The position numbers and the translations under genes are program-made. From Octopus sinensis (Eukaryota), in assembly GCF_006345805.1 (NCBI RefSeq), contig NC_042999.1, positions 30,690,001 through 30,754,000 of the forward strand: a stretch of DNA of 64,000 bases. The letters are read 5' to 3'. The notes beneath the pieces were generated by a model. The model was not told the origin of the DNA and searched no databases. It worked only from the letters and a program-made list of their open reading frames with translations. This document shows positions 53,237 to 64,000 of the stretch, in pieces (position 1 is the first letter of the stretch; each line of letters starts with the position of its first letter).

Positions 53237-53450
53237 GAAATGAAGAAAATGCTGACAAATAATTGATGTAATTTAAGTAATTTAATTAGGTGAAAGTTCT
53301 TTTTACCGGTTGCGCATTTGTTATGCTTATCAAAATATATCACATATTTTGATAAGCATAACAAATGCGCAACCGGTAAAAAGAACTTTCACCTAATTAA
53401 ATTACTTAAATTACTTCAATTATTTGTCAGCATTTTCTTCATTTCCTTTT
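53232..53450. repeat. ~220-bp near-perfect palindrome (107-bp arms, 5-nt loop) with a variant hammerhead core on each strand
   Basis: Arms 53232-53338 / 53344-53450, loop atcac, one internal mismatch seen; TTGATAA-GCAT-aacaa-ATGC-GCAA-CCGG-TA at 53349-53378; (TA)n on both sides. Confidence 0.9.
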
Positions 53451-53487
53451 TTATATATCACCACTCGTGTTCGACATCTCCTTTTTT

Positions 53488-53532
<45 letters not shown>

Positions 53533-53588
53533 GTATATGTGCATATATATATATATATACATACACATATATAAATATGTATATATAC

Positions 53589-53636
<48 letters not shown>

Positions 53637-54369
53637 GTATAGTGAACAACAATGCACTATAATACCTCAGTATCGGCAACTCGATTTTCGAAAAATTGTT
53701 AGTTGAGTCTCGTAATTTCTTTTTATTTCTTTATGCTTTGAAGAAAGCAAGAATTGAAAGGGGAGAGAAAGGGAACAGGGACGTTTGCTTTGATGTGAGA
53801 GCAGAAAGGGAAAGAGAGGAGAAAGTGAAAGATGTATGTACGTGTATATAAAATGGACGTGTGTGTGTGTGTTTGTGTTTGTGTGTGCATGAGTGTGCGT
53901 GTGCATGTGCGTGATAGAGAGAGAGAGAAGAGAGTGAGTGAATGAGTGAAGGCTTGTATTGTCTTCTATGTCTAAGTGACACTCACTTGGTCTCTCTCTC
54001 TGTCTCACATACATGTTTATTTTGTATATATGTGTGCGTGTGCGCGTAAGAGAGAGAGAGAGAGAGAGATAGATAGAGATGGAGGGAGTGAGGGAGTGAG
54101 TGAGTAACTTTATTTCTTCAGAACATATGGAGAAACGGATGTCTTTGAAGGTACACACTCAAAGAAAAATGTGATGTCGTCGTTGTGTTGATATAAAATG
54201 TTTACAATAGTCGACTTAGAAAAGTATATGATGTGAATTTTTTGTAATGCAAATATGTCAATGAAAATGAAGTATATTTGGTAGTGGTTATTATTATATG
54301 GTGTTGTAGTTAAGAGCGCGGGCTACTAAACCCAATATTCCGAGTTTGATTCCAGTCAGTGACCTGAAT

Positions 54370-54385
54370 AATACTAATACTAATG

Positions 54386-54458
<73 letters not shown>

Positions 54459-54510
54459 TAATAATAATAGTAATTGTAATAATAATAATAATAACAACAA
54501 CAACAACAAC
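54370..54510. repeat. (AAT)n/(AAC)n microsatellite
   Basis: Directly visible. Confidence 0.95.
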
Positions 54511-54655
54511 AAAAAATACCTTAGGAATGAGAACCCAGGTTCGAAATTTTCCCAACACACCTGATGAAGGCTGGAGGGTATATCAGCCGAAACGTTGTGT
54601 TAACAACAAGCAAGATGAGGACAAATATCCATCAAATGTAAATAATATAAATAAT
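54505..54655 (+). repeat. ~150-bp dispersed repeat, copy 3, with the best-preserved hammerhead-like core (54557-54600)
   Basis: ACAC-CTGATGA-A-GGCTG-gagggtatat-CAGCC-GAAAC-GTT/GTGT. Confidence 0.8.
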
Positions 54656-56267
54656 GAGCCTTTGCTTAACCTGATATTAATATAATTAACACTATTTCCA
54701 AATTAATTAGAAATTGCATATGAACAAATCACTTCCTTGTTTTCTAATAATATTGTAGTCCTACTTTTTGGGGAGTAGTTTACCTTCACTGCAAACATGA
54801 GAGTTAGATATTCAAACGAAACATCAATAGTTCTCACGTATCCAGTACTTTAGTAACAATATCAGGATCATCTTCGTTATACCTTGCTGTAGTTTCTACC
54901 ACCTGAGATCTGCAAACCTCTTTCACCCAGCAGGAACCGTGAAAAATAATATGTAATACGTGTGTTCTACAGCTGCTCTAAGAGATTACACACAAATCCG
55001 ATACTCGGCATTCGTCAATCGAAGATGTGAATTCCAACAGCATAGCTGTGCCCCAACACACACTATCAATACACCCAAGCGAAAACTTGAGAAAATTGGC
55101 GGGCTTGATGTTTCTGCTTCAGCAACCTATCAACATCAGATTAACCACTTTTCCGAACCATGGCTCATTTCCAGCACGTACGGAGGTTGAACAATGTGGA
55201 TAGATTTGAGTACTGGCGCAAGGAGACGTTTTACCAACCAAATGTTATAAGCGTTGAATTGAGTTTCTGGCACAACGATGGGCACAGACAATAGAATATG
55301 ATGAGATGTATTTTGATAAATAAACTAAATACTTTCCGTATGTGATTTTATTTCACTGTTAATTGAAGACTAAAATTAGAATAAAATTTTGACTCAACCT
55401 TTTGCATAAAAGTTATTAAGCCGAATTATTTTACGGATTCTGAAGCGTATCTTCAGCAAAAATACCATTGAGTATTATAGCTTCCACTCTTGGCAGGATG
55501 AACATGAATTTCGAGTTAGCACCTTACATTTGACCAAGACCATTAAAAATGTAATTCAAATCTTGCTGCTGAAATTGCTAAGAATCGAATATCCGAATTG
55601 ATGCGCAAAGTCGTAATACAAGATTCAACGTGAGCTGAAACAATCATGTTTACGTTCAGATACATTCAATTCTAAATTATATAATTTTGTATGTCAACGA
55701 ATCTCTACACTGCTAGTAGCAACCATGACGTTTCCGATGCATTGCGTTAAAAATCTACTTCACTAATCGAAATCTGTTTCTGTTCCTTTCCAACTGAAAG
55801 CCAGGACAGCGTATTCTCGAATGAAAATACGAATTCCACAATTCTTTCTTTCTTCAGTGGATTAGGATAAAAATATTTGTCTTTCTGACTTAAACTCCAG
55901 CATTATGTTGAACTCAAATATATTTTTAATTATATTTTCAAATATATTTTCTATACTGTTTCCTCATATTCCTACAAATGGATACAAGAGTTTCTTTCAT
56001 TTTCCTCACAGCGCTCAATAATATAATTCTGCTTGCAATCGCCGTCACATTGCTATGCAGAAGTCTGCTCTTCAAGCACGATGTAATCAAATATGAATTA
56101 ACGAGTACAACACCACTTCGGGGCTGATGCTAATCACGCTTGTAATTCCACAACTCACCTTGCTCAACACTAAAAATAATATATACATATATAACGTTAT
56201 ATACAAATATGTGTGTAATATATGTCTATAAACTTGTATACACATATTATTATTATTATTATTGATG

Positions 56268-56670
56268 TTAAGGAGGCAAGTTGGCAGAATCGTTAGCACG
56301 CTGGACCAAATGTTTAGCGGTATTTCGCCCGTCGATACATTCTCAGTTCAAATTTTACCAACGCCGACTTTGCCTTTCATGCTTTTGTGGACGATAAAAG
56401 ATGTACGAATTGAATACTGGGGACCATGTAATTGACTCATTCTCATCTCTCCCTATTTGCCCTTGTGGCAAAAATTCAAATAATAATAATTATTTTTGTT
56501 AAGGCGGAGAGCTGGCAGAACCGTTAGTACGCTTGGCAAAGGGCTTAAAGCATTTCATCTGATTTACGTTCTAAGATCAAATTCTGCCGAGGTCGGTTTT
56601 GCCTTTCATCCTTTCGGAGTCGATACATAAAATATCGGTGGAGGAACACTACCATCGATTTAATCGATTA
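56268..56670 (+). mobile_element. Two tandem degraded tRNA-derived SINEs (family D)
   Basis: gttaaggaggcaagttggcagaatcgttagcacgct... at ~56268 and gttaaggcggagagctggcagaaccgttagtacgct... at ~56498. Confidence 0.7.
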
Positions 56671-56828
56671 GGCCTTTACTAGAAAGGGTTATTATTATTA
56701 TATAAACTAGCAGCATAGCCCGGCGTTGCCCGGGTATGTAAGAACCCCTAGTAGGCAACGACTAATCCCAATGTAGTCCTTTCCCTCCAGGGAACGAAGG
56801 TGCATGTGGACGTTGCAATGTCTTGTCT

Positions 56829-59800
56829 TCACTGGAATACTTCTGTATATACGATGTTCCTAGCTGTCCGTTTGGGCGAAAACATGAAAACATCATTGCG
56901 CCTCCCAACGCGTGAACAGCCCACGTAGAGTTGACCGTGGGCGAAGCACTGTTCGCCCAAATGTAACCCAGCGAATTGTAGCGTTTGGCCTTGGGATTTA
57001 TTGATGGACATTGCGAAGCAGAGTTTAACAGGAAACTGAGAACGCCTGAAGTGGATTGGTAGGTCAGCGCCCGACGGTTGAAGGTGCATCCGTGGAATGA
57101 AGACGTCCTCTCCCTTCCCACAACCGGTAAGTATTGTGGCCGTTATTAAATGTGGTGCCAAATGTTTCACAACCAAACGTGTGCCGTTGCACTGTTTAGG
57201 TGGAACCAAATTCCTGATGCGCATAATGGGCGCACCGACTTTTAACTTCAGGATGTGTGGTGGCAGGCCTGGCGGTTCAAGTGAATTCAGGAATTCAACA
57301 GGATAATCGGCAAGCTGGGCGGGGTCTGCTGTCCTATCTATAGATTTGTAGACGTGGACATCACCAGGAATAGCTTCAAGTAGCTGGATATTGATGGAGT
57401 TGACGGTTGTATTTTTGGGTGCGAGAATAGCTCTGCCTGCCAGCCATTTTAGGTCGCGTAAATTGTTTTGTAGGTCGTGGAAGACAGCGTCCCGGAGGCT
57501 AGCAGGGGTGTCGACAATGGTGCAAAGTGAGTCCAATTGAACGTAGCCATCCGCATCAGACAGCATCCTATTTTCACCGAGCGATAAGAGGTCCCTGGAG
57601 AATGCAGCGGATCCGCTGTCACCAATTAACTGCGCGCGCATGTTAGTTTGGAGGTGCAAGGGCCGCACATGTGCCCAAAGAGCTGACGACTTAAGGCACG
57701 CGCGCACGGCATCGGCACGGGTTCCTTTTGGAATAACAGGTAGAGTCTGCCTGAAGTCTCCTGAAAGAAGTAAAGTTAATCCTCCCATGGGGGCCGTAGA
57801 GTCTCTGATGTCTTGCAGGGACCTGTCCAGTGCCTCAAGGGCGCCTTTGTGTGCCATAGTGCGCTCGTCCCATACGATGAGTTTGCATCTGCGAAGAATG
57901 TCGGCCTGTTCTGAGTTCTTGGCGATGTTGCAGATAGGTGACTCGGACTTTGCCAGATCGAGCGGGAGTCTGAAGGCAGAGTGGGCGGTTCTGCCACCCG
58001 GAAGCAACGTGGCCGCGATACCAGAGGAAACTACAGCCAGGGCAATGTCCGTGTTGCGTCTGACCTCTGCCAGAATTAGTTTAGTGACGAAGGTTTTGCC
58101 TGTGCCGCCGGGTGCATCAAGGAAGAAAATCCCCCCACGTTGCTGTCTGACAGAGTCTACGATGGTGTTGTAGGCTATGCGCTGGTCTGGAAGCAGCCGT
58201 GGTTCATTATCTTGGACGTACTGGTGCAGTTCCTCAATGCAGTAGGAAGTTTCGCGTAACAATTCAGCAGACATAACATTGGCGTGTTCACGTGTGGGTG
58301 GTGGAAGGCCGTACTCTGTTAAAGCAGACCCACCCATATCGATGACAGCGTCTTCGAGTTGAATGAGCGCAAAATTGTAAATGAAGTTGGTGAACGTGAT
58401 CTCGGCGGAAGGGCAGTGTTGCTGAGCCGTACGTAAGAAGTCGTGCGACATGTCATCCCTGTATTTCATCCAGAGACTTAGTGGATGACTAAGCTGACAT
58501 TTTTGAAGAAGGATTGCGAAAAGATGTCGCAGGGCCGAATGCGTTTGCAGTAAAGCACCCTCTGCCATCGTGGCGTCCCACTGGGAGTCATCCTCTAGAA
58601 GGCCAAGTCTCATACATGCTTCCCTGAAGGTGTCGCACAGAACCCCATTGACGGTACTTATATTGGCGAAACCTGTTGGACCAGTGACCTCATGTAGAAG
58701 GAGACGGAGGTAGAAGCATTCTTGCTGGTTTGGCGGGATGTTGTAAACTCGACCCAGGCAGGAGTCAAACTTGACGCCTGGGAAGCTTTCGACGTTTTTG
58801 CCGGATTTCCGTCGAACCCAGGTGTTTTTAGACCACACGAAGTACGATGGGACCTGTGGGTACAAAAGCGTTCGAGCGAAGTCATCACGTTGGCATAATT
58901 TGAAGAAACCAGTCAACGTTGTGTCTTTAGGGCTGGTGGCTATCTGCACAGCACTTTGCTCTGTGAAGTAAATCCGCTGTCCATTTTCCAAGTGTACAGC
59001 AAGCTGCACCACAGCCGGGTGTCTCTGATGGAGCAGGAAGCCGTAAATGCGCCAAAACGCTTCGTTGCTGCTGAGGTACCGGCCAGCCAAGTAGTTGGAC
59101 ACTTCGTCGCGACTGGTGGTCCTCTGGATGCTGAACATGGCAGCATCGCTGCCTTTGTTGATATATTTGCAGACATATTGTATTGACCTGATGGAGCTGC
59201 AGAACTCAACGTTGACGTGGGCTTTGAATATCTTCGACAGGAGAGGACAGTAGGGGACAATGTAGCTGTTGTCCACTTGATGTCGCCCAACCGTAATCGT
59301 GCGGCCTCCATTGGCTGGACTCCTTCGTTTGTACAGCGGATACCCATCGCCGCCTGTTTGAGTCTCCAAAGTGAACCGTTTAGGGAATCCCTTTGAGCAG
59401 GCTAATCCGGTTTTGTAGCATGGTGTGTTGGCGTAATTTGGTCCACAGGGCCCGTGTACCATTGTAGTGCGGACAATTTCGTAGAGTCCGGGGTCCTCAT
59501 CGGGGTCAGGAATCTCGGCGGAAATGAATTTGTCAATGTCATTAGTCTCAATTTTATGAGTGAGCCAAAATTAAGATGTGAGCATGTAGCAAGCCCCTCT
59601 TTTGCCACTCGACCGAAAACCTGTGGCACCTGACATGCCCGAAAATCTGACCCTTAACTATCAAATCCTTCATTTTGCCCAAATTCAGACGGAAAACCCT
59701 AGCAACGATGTCGTGTCGATGGGTGTGAGATTGACCCGGGAGGATTTCGCGAGTGATTTCGTCGCAGCTGGGATTGCACGTGTAGGTGATAAAGAGGTCC

Positions 59801-61701
59801 GGCCGGCCGTAAATGCGCACGTAGGTCAAGGCGTCTTGGGTCCTTTCACGCATATATCGCGGTCCTCCCGTGAAGGTGGAGGGTAGAATGCATGGCTTGC
59901 CGATGTTGCGAGGGTCATTTTCTTGTTGCAAACCGTCACGGAGATGAATGTAGGAGTCGGAGCGAAGTTTGGTCTGATTAAGTTTAATGTATAGCAGCCT
60001 TTCCGATTCCATTTTTGCGGCCATGTCGACGGCGAACTGGTTGAATAGCTGACGACAACGGGGCAATAAGTTGAACTCACCCTCCCTGACCATGAACCGG
60101 TATGAGTAGAACGCCCTGCAGGAAACCGTCTTTGATGCCGCAGTAGTTTGATTGGAGGGCTGCCGTAAAGGAATTCCGAAGTGGTAGCCATCTTCCCCAT
60201 AAGGGAAAAGCAATGGATACTGAAGCGCGTCATAAGATCTGTGAGTCTCGCTGATCCTGTGTAGGTTGTTACCACGGGAGGAGATGATTATGTCACGGCT
60301 GTTGTGTTGCTCTCCGTGTATAACTGCGGCAATTTCGTTGCACGCAGGTGCGTTGAAACGGCGTTCGTGCTCCCCGTGGGGTCGTTTATCAGCATCAATG
60401 ACAACGGTGAAGTTTGGAGAAGGAGCACTGTCCAAGGCATATCTGAAGCTGCAGACGTAGCTGTTGATATCATGAAGCATGGTTTGGAGACGGAGAAGAA
60501 TGTCTTTGCGGGGAACATAGCTTGTACCCGGTATTATTCCAAGGCGTGCATCAACCTGGTGGTTGTAGTCGGCAATGAAGTATATTTGGAGGAAAGAAGA
60601 CTGCTGAATCTCGTCTGGCAGAAGTGACCCAATAAGATGGTAGACCTGTCCCTGCACTTTGAAAGTAGGCATCCAGCCTTCTCTGGGAGGAATTTTGGCC
60701 CCGAAAGAGGTCATTTGGAATGAGCAGTTGTACTTTCGAATTATTTCAAGGAATTGTGACGAATCGGGGGTTAAACCCGCCGCGAGATCCTTCAGTGGTT
60801 GAGGTGGTTCCCGTAGGGGTGGCAGGTCCACTTTGCCACCAGAGCAGCACAAACCAGGTGGCTCTCCGGGCCATTTCTTGGCTTTGCAAAACTGGCATAC
60901 AATTGTCATTGACCCTATCTTGATGTCGTCACGCAAGGAAAAGTTAATTGTGGCGTCGTAGTTGAATGCTAGTGACAACCAGAAAGCGGGGGCAGGGGTA
61001 CGTACACCACGAATGATATCCCGACGTTTGTTGATACTCTCAAGTCGAGTGCACCGTGCCTCAGCAGATTCAGATGCACGTGCGACAGCGGTAGCAGTGG
61101 CATCCCTTGAAAGCATTTCAGCTCTCGCCTCAGCACCCTCTGAAGCCCTAGCAGAAGCAGTGTTAATGGCATGTCTGGATGTCCGAATAGTCCGTTGGTG
61201 TGGAGTTTCGGCAGATCGAGCCCTGGCTGTGTTTGCGGCGTTAGCAGCTTGGCGAGCTCTCCTCTGTTGAGGTGTTTCGGCAGCTTTGGCCATGGCTTTG
61301 TTTGCGGCGTCAGCATCTTGGCGAGTTCTCCTCTGCTGTGAGGTTTCGACAGATCGTGTCCTGGCAGTGCTAGTGGCGTTAGCCGCATTCCGAATGGCCC
61401 TTTGTTCGGGGTTCTCGCGAGCTCTGCGGATGGAAGCACAGTAAGAAGCCCGCATGTTTTGGCTGGACTGTTGCTCTTTCGTCAACCTCAAGCGGAGGGA
61501 AGATCTGTACGCTGCGACCCTTGCAAGTCGGGTAGAACGGTCGCTAGTAGTTTCAGATGCCTGAGCAGCGGCATAACGGGAAGCTGGTTGCGAGAGGCGC
61601 AAGGCGGTTTCCTCGTGGGTCTCGCGTGCCCTTCTAGCCCTAGCAGCCGATGCCTTGGCCGTCCGAGGGCTGAGGATGGTCCTTCTCTTCTTGGGTGGCA
61701 T
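56829..61701 (-). CDS. Helitron RepHel transposase (HUH Rep + PIF1-like SF1 helicase), ~1623 aa after correcting one +1 frameshift near 59567-59570
   Basis: Start MPPKKRR at 61701; CQFC...CC zinc motif; Rep motifs LFITYTCNP, VEWQKRGLLHAHIL, YVCKY; helicase motifs APGGTGKT, VWDE, GDFRQTLP, SINKSQGQT, HGQLYVGCSRV. Confidence 0.93.
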
Positions 61702-61822
61702 TTTGGTGGATAGCAATGTGTTTGGCAAAGGTGTAATAAAAAGGAACACGTGGGGTAAGTATTTTGGTGGATAGCAATGTGTTTGGTAAAGGTGTAATAA
61801 AAAGGAGCTCGTGGGGTAAGTA
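61701..61822. repeat. 61-bp tandem duplication directly upstream of the RepHel start
   Basis: ttttggtggatagcaatgtgtttgg... at 61701 and 61762. Confidence 0.85.
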
Positions 61823-63941
61823 TCCGAAAATGTATAAAAATGTACAAAAACGGCCAAAAAGCTGGCAGCAATGTGAGTGACAACAACGAAAAAGTCAAAA
61901 GTGATCAAACTGAACAAACGAAAGGAAAAGTTTTTTGATGCACACGACAAAAGTGGTTTATAATAAACCAAGAGTTTGCAAGTAGCGTCCGAGGACCGTT
62001 AGGGTACGTCAAAAATTGAAGGTAAAACGTTTGGGGTGGTAGTTATAAAGAAAGTTTAAACCCAAAAAGTATTCGAATAACTTGCGGCTGCAGCAGCTAT
62101 TAGCAGAAGTGGCGGTGTTGGGGTAAAGTCTCGAATGTAATTTCTTCCTGGTAGGAATTGGTTGGATCGAATTATCGATAGCTAAAAAGGTCAAGTTGCG
62201 TCCCCTAGACAGTCTGGTTTGTGTTTAATACACAAATTTGTTTGCTATGTGTGCCACATATGATTAAATTAACCGATTTTTTCCAATAATGTATCCTATT
62301 GGAATAAAAAGGGCTATATAGCTCCTTGGAGCAGACATGATGCTCGTTGTGAAAAAAAAAAGATTCCTGCCAATTTGTGAAAGATATTGTCGAAAATATG
62401 TCATCTTGAATTTGAACGCGATTTCCCAAAATGGCATGATTTTATCGATTGTTTCTGATGGTAAGGTATTGCATGGAAAACTAACGTCAGAATTGAGTTT
62501 CTTAGGGTAACATTAAGCTTCACCATGAGTTTGGTGAAAATCGATTGCAAGTTGTGAAAACTACCATAGTTATGCGTTGCATAAAAAAAGCTTAGATTCT
62601 CGAGTTGCGTCCCCTAGACAGTCTGTGGTTCATGTTTATGATTCTCGACCCCATGTAAAATTTATCAATTTTTTTCAGAACTGGGGGAACTTTTCAAAAT
62701 TTTCGCTTCGTTAGTTTTGAATTATGACATTGGGCTATGTGTGTGTCAAGTTTCATCAGAATCGGTTGAAAGCCTTGGTCAGGGTGAGGGTACGAGAAAA
62801 CAGACACACAGAAGCACGCACAGACAAACTGCCGTTTATATATAGAGAGATACTCAGAGCTTATTTTGCTGGGTATGATGGGGGGTATAATGGAATATGT
62901 CAGCTGTCCACAGTCAGCAGACTAAGCAATACCGATTTCTGTAGGTGTTCTACCTTGACACTTGCTCCGGTCTTTTTCAGTCATGTTGAAAGTTGAGTGC
63001 TTATACTTCCAGGTGCACCAATTACTATTGGTACCACGACTCCTCCGGTGGAATTTGAATACAGAAACTAAATGCGAACGAAATGCTGCTAAACATATTC
63101 CCCAGCATGCTAACGATTCCCGCAGCTTTAGGCTTAACAACAACAGCAAATTATATGATGCACTCTTACTCAGGCAAGCACGCTTCCAAACGCATACATT
63201 CACACACACACATATAGGCCTACATTGTTCACGCTGTTTCGTTCAAAATTATCATATGCAAGCTGAAATGCCGTGAGGATAGAAATGAATGTCGGAAGCG
63301 AAATCTAAATTTCTAGAACAATCATGAGAGAACAAAATGAAATAATCTCAAAGTTGGTTGGAATATATCTGGAACGGTGAATAATATGTTTTAAAATGAC
63401 TTCATCGTTTTCATAGCGCCAATAGCGTCGTGGACAGTTTAACAGGATATTAAGGGAAGTACATTAACTATCTTGGATTTCATTTATTTCATTACAGAAT
63501 GCAAACCAGGGTCACCAACGTAAATCTAGTGTTGGCCGTAGAAGGGTTAATAAATGTAGTTCATCTAATATTCTTCATTTATGTTCAATCCTGCTTCGCC
63601 TGCACACTCTCCACTCTCTCTACTTCACAATTCTTTTCTTCCTTAGTCTTCTTTCGTTTTCTTCTTGTTGTGTTCGCATTGATTCTTTGTTTTGTTTTCT
63701 ATTCGAGATTTTGTTTGTTTTCAGTCTCTCTTTACTGTAGTTGCTGTTGCTGTTGTCCTTGTTGTTGCCAGAGATCTATGATGAATGTCTGTAATGTAAT
63801 GAAGAATTTATTCAAGTGTTTTTCGCCAGCAGACTTGACGAGATTCAGAATCGATTTTACACAAACACACACGCACCCACACACATACACACACACATAC
63901 AAGCATCTACATATGTATACATGTTTTATATATATAAATAA

Positions 63942-63983
<42 letters not shown>

Positions 63984-64000
63984 GTATATATAAATGTAAA

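Larger units (their letters stand above)
56707..62850 (-). mobile_element. Full-length canonical Helitron (6144 bp)
   Basis: Minus strand A|TC 5' end at 62850, CTAG|T 3' end at 56707, GC hairpin CCCGG-cgttgc-CCGGG at 56719-56734, no TSD, internal RepHel ORF. Confidence 0.96.

Noticed and set aside
57097-61898. Overlapping and antisense ORFs within the Helitron and CR1 (e.g. 57640-58173, 60962-61270, 48681-49025)
   Set aside because: Expected shadows of GC-rich coding sequence; no motifs of their own.
61702-61971. 90-codon N-terminal extension of the Helitron ORF in the ORF track
   Set aside because: Starts at a non-ATG codon, contains the 61-bp duplication and is low complexity; MPPKKRR at 61701 is the more plausible start.

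Overview
AT-rich, microsatellite-dense eukaryotic DNA, most likely from a coleoid cephalopod such as Octopus (inferred from the tRNA-SINE families, TAA-associated Dong/R4 LINEs and the TA/TAA/CATA array density). I cannot confidently identify a host gene; only a few weak candidate micro-exons. The window is dominated by mobile elements: a 6.1-kb Helitron one frameshift from intact (56707-62850), a near full-length CR1 LINE (46827-~51430), a near-intact Dong/R4 LINE plus truncated relatives stacked in (TAA)n arrays (24.9-31.6 kb), hAT- and Tc1/mariner-type MITEs, several SINE families and older relics. The main result is a recurring Penelope-like (PLE) architecture: head-to-head inverted repeats of about 5.4 kb, 326 bp, 220 bp and 190 bp, each carrying outward-facing minimal hammerhead ribozyme motifs. 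Across these families the core 3-8 base pair appears as C-G, U-A and G-C, i.e. it covaries. All coordinates were read by eye; no searches or folding computations were run.
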